Shown one piece after another: positions 45,390 through 54,075 of a DNA stretch of 64,000 bases. Position 1 is the stretch's first letter. Every line of letters starts with the position of its first letter. Where the stretch lies: positions 2,582-66,581 of the forward strand of contig JADGPJ010000004.1 of assembly GCA_017882505.1 (NCBI GenBank). The letters are read 5' to 3'. The notes under the pieces were generated by a model. The model was given only the letters and a program-made list of their open reading frames with translations. It was not told where the DNA came from and did not search any database. This stretch comes from Solirubrobacterales bacterium (GTDB lineage: Bacteria > Actinomycetota > Thermoleophilia > Solirubrobacterales > 70-9). Made by a program: the position numbers and the translations under genes.

Positions 45390-46130
45390 CTATGCGGCCG
45401 GTCCGTTGGAGACCAGCGTTCCCACCTTCTCGCCGGAGACGATCCTATCTATGTTCGACTCGTCGCCCATGTTGAACACATAGATCGGCAGGTCGTTGTC
45501 CATGCAGAGCGAGAGCGCCGTCGAATCCATCACCTTGAGGCCGCGCTCGATCGCTTCGCGGTGCGTGATCGTGGCGATGAACTTCGCCTCCGGATTCGTC
45601 GCGGGGTCGGAGTCGAAGACGCCCTCCACCCCGTTCTTGGCCATCAGAATCGCCTCGGCGTGGATCTCCAGCGCCCGCAGCGCCGCCGCCGTGTCGGTGG
45701 TGAAGAACGGGTTGCCGGTGCCGGCGGCGAAGATCACCACCCGCCCCTTCTCGAGGTGGCGCATCGCGCGGCGGCGGATGTAGGGCTCGGCGACCTCCTT
45801 GACGTCGATCGCCGACATCACCCGCGTGTGCTGCCCGAGCCGCTCCAGTGCATCCTGGAGGGTGAGGGCGTTGAGCACAGTCGCGAGCATCCCCATGTAG
45901 TCGGCGGTGGCACGGTCCATGCCGCTGGCGGCGCCGTCGAGTCCGCGGTAGATGTTGCCGGCGCCGACCACGATCGCCACCTCGACGCTGCGATCGCGCA
46001 CCGCCGAGACCTGCTTGGCGATCCGGTCGACCTCGGCGCCGTCGGTGCCGAAGTCGAGGCTACCCATCAAGGCCTCACCGGAAAGCTTCAGCAGGATGCG
46101 CCCGAAGCGCGGCTCGGGGGAGTCGGTCAC
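45390..46130 (-). CDS. pyrH: UMP kinase
   Basis: I chose GTG 46128-46130 ([21 protein letters not shown]), 11 nt after the tsf stop. [10 protein letters not shown]. The track extension overlaps tsf. Confidence 0.9.
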   Translation of the reverse strand: MTDSPEPRFGRILLKLSGEALMGSLDFGTDGAEVDRIAKQVSAVRDRSVEVAIVVGAGNIYRGLDGAASGMDRATADYMGMLATVLNALTLQDALERLGQHTRVMSAIDVKEVAEPYIRRRAMRHLEKGRVVIFAAGTGNPFFTTDTAAALRALEIHAEAILMAKNGVEGVFDSDPATNPEAKFIATITHREAIERGLKVMDSTALSLCMDNDLPIYVFNMGDESNIDRIVSGEKVGTLVSNGPAA

Positions 46131-46143
46131 GTGCTGGAGAACC

Positions 46144-46749
46144 TTATTCCTCGCCGACGCGGAAATAGGCGAAGCGGGCGATGCGGACGTTCTCTCCGGT
46201 TTTGGCCGCCATCTCCTGGCGCAGCTCCTCGATCGTCTTCGAGTCGTGCTTCTCGGCGTTGACGTGCGCCTGGTCGAGCAGCGCCACCTCGCTTGCCCAC
46301 TTCGAGAGCTGGCCGGCGACGATTTTCTCGACGACGTTGTCGGGCTTGCCTTCCTCGCGCGCCTTCTCTTCGAAGACCCGCTTCTCGGCCTCGCGCTCGT
46401 TCTCGGGGATCTCATCCGAGGAGACGTAGCGCGGCGCCGTCGCCGCCACGTGCAGGGCGACCTGGTAGGCGAAGGCCATGAATTCCTCGTTGCGGGAGAC
46501 GAAATCGGTCTCGCACTGGACTTCGACCATCGCCCCGACGCGGTCGTTGGCGTGGATGTAGGAGGCGACGACGCCCTCGTTGGTCCCCCGCCCTTCACGC
46601 TTGGCGGCGGAGGCCTGGCCCTTCACCCGCAGCAGCTCGATCGCGCGATCGACGTCGCCGTCGGCCTCGGTCAGAGCGGCTTTGCAGTCCATCATCGCCG
46701 CGCCGGTGCGATCCCGGAGCGCCTTCACGTCAGCGGCGCTGATGCTCAC
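46144..46749 (-). CDS. tsf: Translation elongation factor Ts (short form)
   Basis: 201 aa. UBA-like N-terminus [19 protein letters not shown], and EVQCETDFV. Its GTG start overlaps the rpsB TGA (GTGA). Confidence 0.9.
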   Translation of the reverse strand: MSISAADVKALRDRTGAAMMDCKAALTEADGDVDRAIELLRVKGQASAAKREGRGTNEGVVASYIHANDRVGAMVEVQCETDFVSRNEEFMAFAYQVALHVAATAPRYVSSDEIPENEREAEKRVFEEKAREEGKPDNVVEKIVAGQLSKWASEVALLDQAHVNAEKHDSKTIEELRQEMAAKTGENVRIARFAYFRVGEE

Positions 46750-47819
46750 GACGCGCCTCCCTCTTTCGGTGCCTCCTCAGGGCTCGCGGTCGGCGCTGCC
46801 TCGGCGGCCGCGGCCGGCTCTGCACTGGGCTCGGCCGCTTTCGGCTCCGCGGCTTTGGGCTGCTGCACCGCTTTGGGTTCAGGCGCCCTGGGTGGCGGCG
46901 GCGCGTCGGGGGTCGCCGGTTTGTTCGGAGCGGCGGCCGGCTGCGCGGGGGTGGCCGCGGCTTTCGCCGCCGCTTCGGCGGTCGCTTTCGCCGTAGCCTC
47001 TGTCTCGGCGGCCGCTTTCGCGGCGGCCTCCGCCTCGAGCCGAACTTTCTCTTCCTCCTCGCGCTTCTTGCGCTCTTCCTCGTCCTTTTTGCGCCGTTCC
47101 ATTTCGATGGCGATGCGTTTCTCCTCCTGGACTCGCCAGGAGCCGGCGCCCTCCTCGACGGCGGTGCCGATCGTGCCGATCACCAGCTCGCAGGAGCGGA
47201 TCGCGTCGTCGTTGCCGGGAATCACGAAGTCGACCGGGCTCGGGTCGCAATTGGTGTCGACCAGGCCGATCAGCGGGATCCGCAGGCGGGCCGCCTCGTG
47301 AACCGCGATCTCCTCGGTTTTGAGATCGGTGACGAAGACCGCGTCGGGGAGGCGGTCCATGTCGCGGACGCCGCCGAGGTTGAACTCGAGCTTGGCGAGT
47401 TCGGCCTCCATCTTCATCCTCTCCTTGGTCGGCAGCAGCTGAAGTTTCCCGTCCTCTTTCCAGCCGTTGAGCTCGTGCAGGCGGGCGATCCGCTGCGACA
47501 TCGTGTTGAAGTTGGTCAGCAGCCCGCCCAGCCAGCGCTTGTTGACGTAGGGCATCTTGCAGCGTTCGGCCCATTCCTGGACCGTGTCGCGGGCCTGCTT
47601 CTTGGTGCCGACGAAGAGCACCGTGCCGCCACCGCTGGCGAGCTCACCGGCGAAGCGGCGGGCGTTCTCCAGCAGCGCCTCGGTCTGCAACAGATCGATG
47701 ATGTGGATCCCGTCGAGCTCGCCGAAGATGAAGCGGCGCATGTTCGGGTTCCAACGGCGCGTCTGATGGCCGAAGTGGACTCCGGCCTCGAGCAGTTCCT
47801 GTAGGCCTGCCTCTGGCAT
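46746..47819 (-). CDS. rpsB: 30S ribosomal protein S2 with a roughly 120-aa low-complexity C-terminal extension
   Basis: 357 aa. The S2 core is LLEAGVHFGHQTRRWNP...FVGTKKQA...IPGNDDAIRS, followed by an E/K/A/P-rich tail. Confidence 0.92.
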   Translation of the reverse strand: MPEAGLQELLEAGVHFGHQTRRWNPNMRRFIFGELDGIHIIDLLQTEALLENARRFAGELASGGGTVLFVGTKKQARDTVQEWAERCKMPYVNKRWLGGLLTNFNTMSQRIARLHELNGWKEDGKLQLLPTKERMKMEAELAKLEFNLGGVRDMDRLPDAVFVTDLKTEEIAVHEAARLRIPLIGLVDTNCDPSPVDFVIPGNDDAIRSCELVIGTIGTAVEEGAGSWRVQEEKRIAIEMERRKKDEEERKKREEEEKVRLEAEAAAKAAAETEATAKATAEAAAKAAATPAQPAAAPNKPATPDAPPPPRAPEPKAVQQPKAAEPKAAEPSAEPAAAAEAAPTASPEEAPKEGGAS

Positions 47820-47951
47820 TCGTTCTCCTTGATTTTGGTGAAGCGCTCCCGCCCGCTTGCCGGAACCTGGCGGTTATTTGCGCCAGGCAGGATCCGGTTC
47901 GCTGTCGAACGGGGATTGGTTTCTGAATCGCCGATTGTAGAGAGGCGCCGC

Positions 47952-48644
47952 TCAGGAGGCGTGCGCCTCCTTGAGAGCCTCCGCCAGGTCGGTTGGGAGC
48001 TCCGACCGGAAGCTCAGGCGCTCGCCGCTGAGGGGGTGGTCGAAGGCGAGCCGGTGGGCGTGGAGGAACTGACGCCGGAGCCCGTAGCGACGGGCGCCGC
48101 CGTAGGTGACGTCGCCGGTGAGCGGGTGGCCGATGGCGGCGAAATGAGCCCGGATCTGGTGGGTCCGGCCGGTCTCCAGGCGCGCCTCCAGGTAGGTCTC
48201 CAGCGCCAGCAGCTCGAGCACCTCGAAGTGGGTCCGGGCCTCGCGAGAGGCGGCGCCGGAGACGGCCATCCGGTGGCGCTGGCGCGAGGCGCGGCCGATC
48301 GGCGCGTCGATCGTCCCCGTCCGCGATCCGAGGCGCCCGCCGGCGAGGGCGAGGTAGATGCGCTCGACCTCGCGGCGCTGGACCTGGGCCTGCAGGGCGG
48401 CGTGGGCCTCGTCGCTGCGGGCGACGACCAGCAGGCCGCTGGTCCCCTTGTCGAGCCGGTGCACGATTCCCGGCCGCTCCGGGTCGCCGCCGCCGCCGAG
48501 GATGTCGGCCAGCTCGTCGACCAGGGTCGGTCCGGTGTGGGAGGGCGCCGGGTGGACGACCAGGCCGGCCGGCTTGTCGACGACGGCGAGCGCATCGTCG
48601 AGGTGGACGACCCGTAGACCCGGCTCAGCCACCGGCGGGCTCAC
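47952..48644 (-). CDS. RluA-family pseudouridine synthase (RluD-like, without S4 domain)
   Basis: 230 aa. VVDKPAGLVVHP, catalytic HRLDKGTSGLL, and GRTHQIRAH. Confidence 0.88.
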   Translation of the reverse strand: MSPPVAEPGLRVVHLDDALAVVDKPAGLVVHPAPSHTGPTLVDELADILGGGGDPERPGIVHRLDKGTSGLLVVARSDEAHAALQAQVQRREVERIYLALAGGRLGSRTGTIDAPIGRASRQRHRMAVSGAASREARTHFEVLELLALETYLEARLETGRTHQIRAHFAAIGHPLTGDVTYGGARRYGLRRQFLHAHRLAFDHPLSGERLSFRSELPTDLAEALKEAHAS

Positions 48645-49098
48645 GCTCGGCTTCGCGCAGGTAGATCAGGACCAGCAGGACGACCCCGGCCGTGATCGAC
48701 ATGTCGGCGAGGTTGAAGGGCGGCCAGTGTGGAAGTTCGATGAAGTCGGTGACGGCGCCGGCCCGGACTCGATCGGCGAGGTTGCCGATGGCCCCGCCGG
48801 CGAGCAGTCCGGTGGCGATCCACATCCCGGGTCGGGTCGGGTTGCGGGAGAAGAGGTACAGAACCACGCCGAGGGCCACGACCGTGATCACGACCAGCGG
48901 CGCACCGCTGCCGCCGGCGAGACCAAAGGCGACGCCGCGGTTGTGGGACAGGGTGAGGCCGAGGGGTCCGAGCACGTCGATCTTCTCCCCGAGCGTCACC
49001 TGCGCCTCGATTATCGCCTTCGCGATCTGGTCGACGACCAGGACGGCGGCGCAGACGGCGCCAGCGCGACACCAGGCGCGGGTGGTGGCGCCGTTCAC
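48625..49098 (-). CDS. lspA: Signal peptidase II (lipoprotein signal peptidase)
   Basis: 157 aa, 4 TM helices. NRGVAFG, GGAIGNLADR and FNLADMSI carry the catalytic Asp residues. Confidence 0.88.
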   Translation of the reverse strand: MNGATTRAWCRAGAVCAAVLVVDQIAKAIIEAQVTLGEKIDVLGPLGLTLSHNRGVAFGLAGGSGAPLVVITVVALGVVLYLFSRNPTRPGMWIATGLLAGGAIGNLADRVRAGAVTDFIELPHWPPFNLADMSITAGVVLLVLIYLREAEREPAGG

Positions 49099-49400
49099 CC
49101 GCGGATCAGGCCGACGAGGATTGCCTGCGCGACGAAGAGGACGATGAGGCCGACCATCGGGCTGAGATCAAACGCGAAGCCGCCGCCTCCGACCGGGCGC
49201 AGGAAGCGCCGGAAGATGTTGAGGTAGGGATTGGTGGTCTCGGTGACGAAGTCGAGGAACGCCCGCAGTGGCCGGTTGTAGGGCATCCGCGGCACATAGG
49301 AGATGAGGATGTTGCAGAAGATCAGGACGATGTAGACGATGAAGAGGGCGCTGACGTAGTCGGCGACGTCGTTGCGGCTGAGCAGCGCCAGCGGGATCAC
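49095..49400 (-). CDS. YggT-family membrane protein
   Basis: 101 aa. YVLIFCNILISYVP...NPYLNIFRRFLRPVGG...DLSPMV is typical of YggT. Confidence 0.8.
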   Translation of the reverse strand: MIPLALLSRNDVADYVSALFIVYIVLIFCNILISYVPRMPYNRPLRAFLDFVTETTNPYLNIFRRFLRPVGGGGFAFDLSPMVGLIVLFVAQAILVGLIRG

Positions 49401-50134
49401 GTCCGCATCCTCTCGAGCGAGGCCCTGACTGCCGCCTCGAACGCCTCGCGGGCGCCTTCGCGGTCGAGCGCCTCGAGGCCGGCCTCGGTACTGCCCCCCG
49501 GGGAGGCGACCGCCTTGCGAACGTCGGCGGGGTGGCGGATTCGCAGCAGCTCCGCGGTTCCGGCGGTGGTCTCGATGACCAGCTCGCGGGCCAGCTCGGC
49601 GTCGAGACCCGCCGCGGTACCGGCGTCGGCGAGTGCTTCGACCGCCAGCGCCAGGTAGGCAGGCGCGCAGCTCATAACCGCCGTCGCCTCGTCGAAGTCG
49701 TCGTCGGGCAGCTCGACCACGTGCCCGAGCAGCTCCAGCTTCTCCCTGGTCGCCTCGGAAGCCTCGCCGGCGACGCAGAGCACCCCCCTTCGCACCTCGA
49801 CCCCCACGTTCGGCATCAGCCGCAGCACCTCGGCGCCTGGGAATGCGTCGGAGACGCGTCGCACCGGGACGGCGGCGAGGATCGAGACGAGGCTGCGAGC
49901 GGCCTGCAGCTCCGGCGCCACCTCATCCAGCTTCGCCGGCTTCACGGCGAGGACGACGAGATCCGCCCGCTCCGCGACCTCCGCGTTGCCCACCGCCTCT
50001 CCCCCCAACTCCTCAGCCAGGGCCTTCGCCCTGCCCGAGCCGGCGTCGGAGAACAGCATCGAGTCGGCCGCGCCGGCCCAGCCGCGAGCCATCGCCGCCG
50101 CCATGCTGCCGGATCCGCAGAAGCCGATAACCAT
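49397..50134 (-). CDS. proC: Pyrroline-5-carboxylate reductase
   Basis: 245 aa. Rossmann-type N-terminus, RLMPNVGVEV, and C-terminal SPGGSTEAGLEAL. Confidence 0.88.
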   Translation of the reverse strand: MVIGFCGSGSMAAAMARGWAGAADSMLFSDAGSGRAKALAEELGGEAVGNAEVAERADLVVLAVKPAKLDEVAPELQAARSLVSILAAVPVRRVSDAFPGAEVLRLMPNVGVEVRRGVLCVAGEASEATREKLELLGHVVELPDDDFDEATAVMSCAPAYLALAVEALADAGTAAGLDAELARELVIETTAGTAELLRIRHPADVRKAVASPGGSTEAGLEALDREGAREAFEAAVRASLERMRT

Positions 50135-50160
50135 CGCCGGAGAGCCTAGCCGCGCTCACG

Positions 50161-50192
50161 AAAGGGGGCCGGGCGATCGCCCGGCCCCCTTT
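50161..50192 (-). terminator. Strong GC hairpin downstream of the 50208-51830 gene
   Basis: Perfect 14-bp palindrome aaagggggccgggc-gatc-gcccggcccccttt, 16 nt after the stop. Confidence 0.55.
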
Positions 50193-50207
50193 CCGATCGC
50201 TGCTTGC

Positions 50208-51830
50208 CTAGTGGCGGTTCAGGCGTACTTCGTACGTCGCGTTGTCTCCGTGCTGCTGGGTGTAGAACCAGCGCCAGCTGCGACCGCCCAGGTCGGGCAG
50301 CTGGGCCCCGAGAACACCGTGGGTACCGGGGTCTCCGTTGGAGACGATCGCCCCGGTGATCTCGTTGTCCCCGTCGTTCTTGCCGAAGCCGCCGTTTTCG
50401 GCATCGATCGTGGCCGCCGCGTCCCGGCCCTCCGCCAACCAGCGCAGCGGCTGGTTCTGCGCTTTCGAGTAGTCGGTCCCGACCTGCCAGACGAATCCGG
50501 AGTCGAGGGCGTTGCGCTGCGTGTGCAGCGTGTCACCGGCATCCTCGACGAACGCGATCGCGGTCCGCGAAAGGAACGTCGTGTTGTCGAACCCGGAGTG
50601 GGCTTCGTTGCCGTTGTAGAACACCTTCAGTTTGCCGGTGCTCGCACCCGGGCTGCTCTGGCTCAGCTCGAAGATCGAGCCCCAGCCCCCAGCGTTGGCG
50701 TTCTCGACGCTTTCGGAATTGGTGTCCCCGGTCTCGTCGAAGAAGAATTTGCCGAAATCGGTTCCCGGCTGGAACACCCCGTTCTCGGGCCGCTTGAACG
50801 GGGTCGCTTTCGCCGCTTTGGCCAGCGGACCGGCGACGAACGGCGAGTTGCCTTCGGTGCTCGTGTCGTGGACGGTGATCCAGCGGGTCTTGAACGATTT
50901 CCCGTAGGTGTGCAGGGCGAGCTGATCGGGACTGTTGACCGCTTCCTGGCTCGCGTAGGTGATCGGTTCCCCGCCTTCGTTGAGAACCTGGAGCGCCTGC
51001 AGCTTGCCGTGGAGCAGGTCACCGGGGTGTGCGGGCACGTAGCGGAAGATGTAGCTGTTGGGCTGCTTCGACTTCGTTCCCGGCTTGTTGGCGCCGCCGA
51101 TGTCCTCGCAGATCCAGAGGTTGCCTTCCGAATCGTTCTGGATGCCCTCGTATCCACCCCGACCCAGCGCACCGGAGACGTCGGTCACGGTCGAGGGGAA
51201 GTCCGGCGTCGCCGCGTAGGTCGGCGCACCCGGGTTCTCCGTGGTGAGCAGAAGCCGTTTGGCCCAGGGATCCCAGGTCGAGCCGTCGATCGTCGCCAGC
51301 TGACTTCCAAGCGCATCCTTGGTCGCGAGCAGCGTCACTCGATGAGCCGCGTCGGCATCGAGGTTGATCCGGGTGACGTAGCCGGCGCCGGCGGCGCCGC
51401 CCTCGTGGCCCTGGAAGAGAAAATGCGTGCCGTAGTCGTAGTTGGGATCGGCGCCGGCGAGGCCTTGCTTGAAGACCAGATAGGTGTTCTTGTCGGGCTC
51501 CGTCTTGTGCGCCTCGGTGGCCGGATTGCTCGGGACCGGCACCATCTGGGGCTGTCCGGCGGAGTTGAGGACGTCGTTGTCGAAGCCGTAGTAGGAGGTC
51601 AGAGCGGATGGATTCTCGAGCCGAGTCGACCCCTGGGCGACGGCGGTCTGCGACAGCTCGGGAGAGAGGATGCTCGCCGGCGAGTAGCCGGCCGACCTGG
51701 TGTTCGCGGAAGCGACATTGGTCAACGCCGGGCTGGGAGAAGGCGATGCTCCGGCGATTACTACGAGAACCGCGCCGATGGCCAGCGCGCAGCCTGCCAG
51801 GAGCGAGATCACCTTGGCACTTCTCACCAT
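50208..51830 (-). CDS. Secreted hypothetical protein, beta-propeller-like (weak PhoX/DUF839-like blocks)
   Basis: 540 aa. Signal/anchor MVRSAKVISLLAGCALAIGAVLVVIAGA. Blocks GNLWICEDIGG, FKRPENGVFQPG and GGWGSIFEL. Visibly lower GC than its neighbours. The family assignment is tentative. Confidence 0.6.
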   Translation of the reverse strand: MVRSAKVISLLAGCALAIGAVLVVIAGASPSPSPALTNVASANTRSAGYSPASILSPELSQTAVAQGSTRLENPSALTSYYGFDNDVLNSAGQPQMVPVPSNPATEAHKTEPDKNTYLVFKQGLAGADPNYDYGTHFLFQGHEGGAAGAGYVTRINLDADAAHRVTLLATKDALGSQLATIDGSTWDPWAKRLLLTTENPGAPTYAATPDFPSTVTDVSGALGRGGYEGIQNDSEGNLWICEDIGGANKPGTKSKQPNSYIFRYVPAHPGDLLHGKLQALQVLNEGGEPITYASQEAVNSPDQLALHTYGKSFKTRWITVHDTSTEGNSPFVAGPLAKAAKATPFKRPENGVFQPGTDFGKFFFDETGDTNSESVENANAGGWGSIFELSQSSPGASTGKLKVFYNGNEAHSGFDNTTFLSRTAIAFVEDAGDTLHTQRNALDSGFVWQVGTDYSKAQNQPLRWLAEGRDAAATIDAENGGFGKNDGDNEITGAIVSNGDPGTHGVLGAQLPDLGGRSWRWFYTQQHGDNATYEVRLNRH

Positions 51831-51979
51831 TTGTGTCTCCTTTTCGAGGTGGGCGGGACTCAGTCGGAGCCCCTGCCACGAAGCTAGGGCCGGCCCTCGA
51901 GGCGACGGTTAAGAAAGTGATGCTCCGCGGTGTCCATTCCGTGAACCCGGGCCGCAGCGGCCCGGCAGACAGCGGGGAG

Positions 51980-52531
51980 CTAGGACTGGTTGAAGAAGCC
52001 CTTGTCGATCAGTCTCGCCTTTTCCTCGGCGGAGACCTCGACGTTGCGCGGCGTCAGCAGGAACATTTTCTCGGCGATCCTCTGCATGCCGCCGTCCATC
52101 GCGTAGGTGAGGCCGGAGCAGAAGTCGATCATCCGCTTCGAGAGCTCGTGATCGGCCGTCTGCAGATTGAGGATCACCGGCACCGATCGTTTGAACTGGT
52201 CGGCCACCTGCTGGGCGTCGTTGAAGTTGCGGGGGATGACCAGGTGGACCTGGATGTCGGAGCCGCCGTTTCCGACCGGCCGCAGCGTGCGGGTACGGCT
52301 GGCGGCGATCGGCTCGTCGTCGGCGAAGATGTCGTCGATTTCGTCGCGGCGGGCCCGGCGCGAGGTCGGCAGGCGGCGGACCGAGCTCTGGTCGCGCTCG
52401 CGGCGGGCCTCGAAGACTTCCTCCGAGCCGGTCTCCGGCTCGAACTCGTCCTCGTACTCGGGACCGTAGTCGTGATCCTCGGCCAAACCGAAGTAGACCA
52501 GTGCTTTATGCCAAGTGTCTCGTAGGGCCAT
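51980..52531 (-). CDS. sepF: Cell division protein SepF
   Basis: 183 aa. N-terminal membrane-targeting helix MALRDTWHKALVYFGL, an acidic linker, and the C-terminal SepF core VHLVIPRNFNDAQQVADQFKRSVPVILNL...DFCSGLTYAMDGGMQRI. Confidence 0.88.
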   Translation of the reverse strand: MALRDTWHKALVYFGLAEDHDYGPEYEDEFEPETGSEEVFEARRERDQSSVRRLPTSRRARRDEIDDIFADDEPIAASRTRTLRPVGNGGSDIQVHLVIPRNFNDAQQVADQFKRSVPVILNLQTADHELSKRMIDFCSGLTYAMDGGMQRIAEKMFLLTPRNVEVSAEEKARLIDKGFFNQS

Positions 52532-52597
52532 CTGTATCGCGTGATTCGGCCTAGGTGCTCCGACTCCTTTACGAATTGCAGGCAGATTAGCGCCGAT

Positions 52598-53230
52598 TCA
52601 CATGAACAGCGCAGAGCCCAAACGGATGATCGTCGCTCCCTCGTCGACCGCGATGCGCCAGTCCTGGGAAGTCCCCATCGAGAGACGCTCGAGCCCGTTG
52701 GCGGCGGCAAGCTCGGCGAGGCGGGCGAAATGTGGCCGTGAGTCCTCCGGCTCCTGGCTGAAAGGCGGCATCGTCATCAGCCCCCCGACCCTGACCGGGC
52801 AGCGCTTGACGAACTCCGGCAGCCGATCGGGGGCGACCCCGCCCTTGCCCTCCTCGCCGGCGATGTTGACCTCGATCAGGACTTCGGTATCGGGCGTTCC
52901 GTGGCGGCCGAGCTGGTCGAGCACCGAGTCGGTGGCCACCGAGTGGATCAGCCGGCAGAGCGGCAGCACCTGCTTGACCTTGCGGCTCTGCAGGTTGCCG
53001 ATGAAGTCCCACTCGAAGGCATCTCCCCAGCGCTCGTGCTTGGCGGCGAGGTCCTGCTGGCGGTTCTCGCCGACCAGGCGCACCCCGGCCTCCGCCAGCG
53101 CCCCCATCTCCTCCAGCGGCACGTACTTGCAGGCGACGAGGACTTCGACTCGATCCCCCGTCACCTCGTGGACGCGCTCGAGGCTTGCCGCGACCTTCGC
53201 CGCCTCGATGCCGTGGATCAATCCCGCCAT
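52598..53230 (-). CDS. YggS-family pyridoxal-phosphate homeostasis protein
   Basis: 210 aa. VACKYVP (PLP Lys), VGENRQQD, FIGNLQSRK and LSMGTSQDW. Confidence 0.88.
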   Translation of the reverse strand: MAGLIHGIEAAKVAASLERVHEVTGDRVEVLVACKYVPLEEMGALAEAGVRLVGENRQQDLAAKHERWGDAFEWDFIGNLQSRKVKQVLPLCRLIHSVATDSVLDQLGRHGTPDTEVLIEVNIAGEEGKGGVAPDRLPEFVKRCPVRVGGLMTMPPFSQEPEDSRPHFARLAELAAANGLERLSMGTSQDWRIAVDEGATIIRLGSALFM

Positions 53231-53231
53231 C

Positions 53232-53981
53232 TCAGCTCCCCGTCCGCTCGATCCAGGCGAGCCCGGCCTGGCGTCCCGTCCTGCCCGCGTCGCGGCGGTG
53301 CGAGAAGAAGAGGCCCGGCTCGCAGCTGGTGCAGAGGTCCGCGGCCTCGACCCGCTCGACCCCGGCCTCTCGCAGCAGGCGCCGCGCGACCTCCGTCAGG
53401 TCGAGCATGCGGCCGCTGGTGACCTCGTCTCCGAGACCCGCGAAGGCGCCGCGCACCTCGGCGCCGACCTCGTAGCAGCAGGCGCCGATTCCTGGCCCGA
53501 CCGCGGCGTCGGTGGCCGCGACCGCCTCCGCCCCGGCGGCGAGGATCCCGGCGGCGAGCCCGCGCCAGCCGCAATGCAGGATCGCCACCCCACCCGGCCC
53601 CGAGAGCGCGACCGGCAGGCAGTCGGCGGTGAGGACCAGCGGCGCCAGTCCCGGCGTCGAGACGACGTGGCCGTCGACTTTTGGTATCTCGCTGCCGGGT
53701 CGCGCGAACGGACTCGGTTCCTGGGGCCCCGAGTGGAAGGCGAGCTCGCGGCCGTGGACCTGGTACCCGATCGGGATCCGCTCGGGCTCGAACCCGAGCG
53801 CCGCGCCCAACCGGCGCCGGTTCTCGATCACCGTCGCGGTCTCGTCGTCGGTGATCGCGCCGAGGTTGAGGCTGTCGAACGGCGCCTCGCTGGCGCCCCC
53901 GAGCCGGGTCGTGAAGGCAGCGCGGCCGCCACCAAGGTCGGCCTCGAGCCACCTCACCCCGTTCCTTTCACGCCACTCCAT
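53232..53981 (-). CDS. pgeF: Peptidoglycan editing factor PgeF (YfiH/laccase-domain, DUF152)
   Basis: 249 aa. FTTRLGGAS, QVHG, LTADCLPV, HCGWRG and CTSCE. Confidence 0.85.
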   Translation of the reverse strand: MEWRERNGVRWLEADLGGGRAAFTTRLGGASEAPFDSLNLGAITDDETATVIENRRRLGAALGFEPERIPIGYQVHGRELAFHSGPQEPSPFARPGSEIPKVDGHVVSTPGLAPLVLTADCLPVALSGPGGVAILHCGWRGLAAGILAAGAEAVAATDAAVGPGIGACCYEVGAEVRGAFAGLGDEVTSGRMLDLTEVARRLLREAGVERVEAADLCTSCEPGLFFSHRRDAGRTGRQAGLAWIERTGS

Positions 53982-54075
53982 CCCGATAACAAAGCAGATG
54001 CCCGCGCCGGCCGGTGAGCTCGCGTTTTCTTGCGCTATCTCGAATTAACGCAAGCTCACGGGCGGATCCGGGCGG

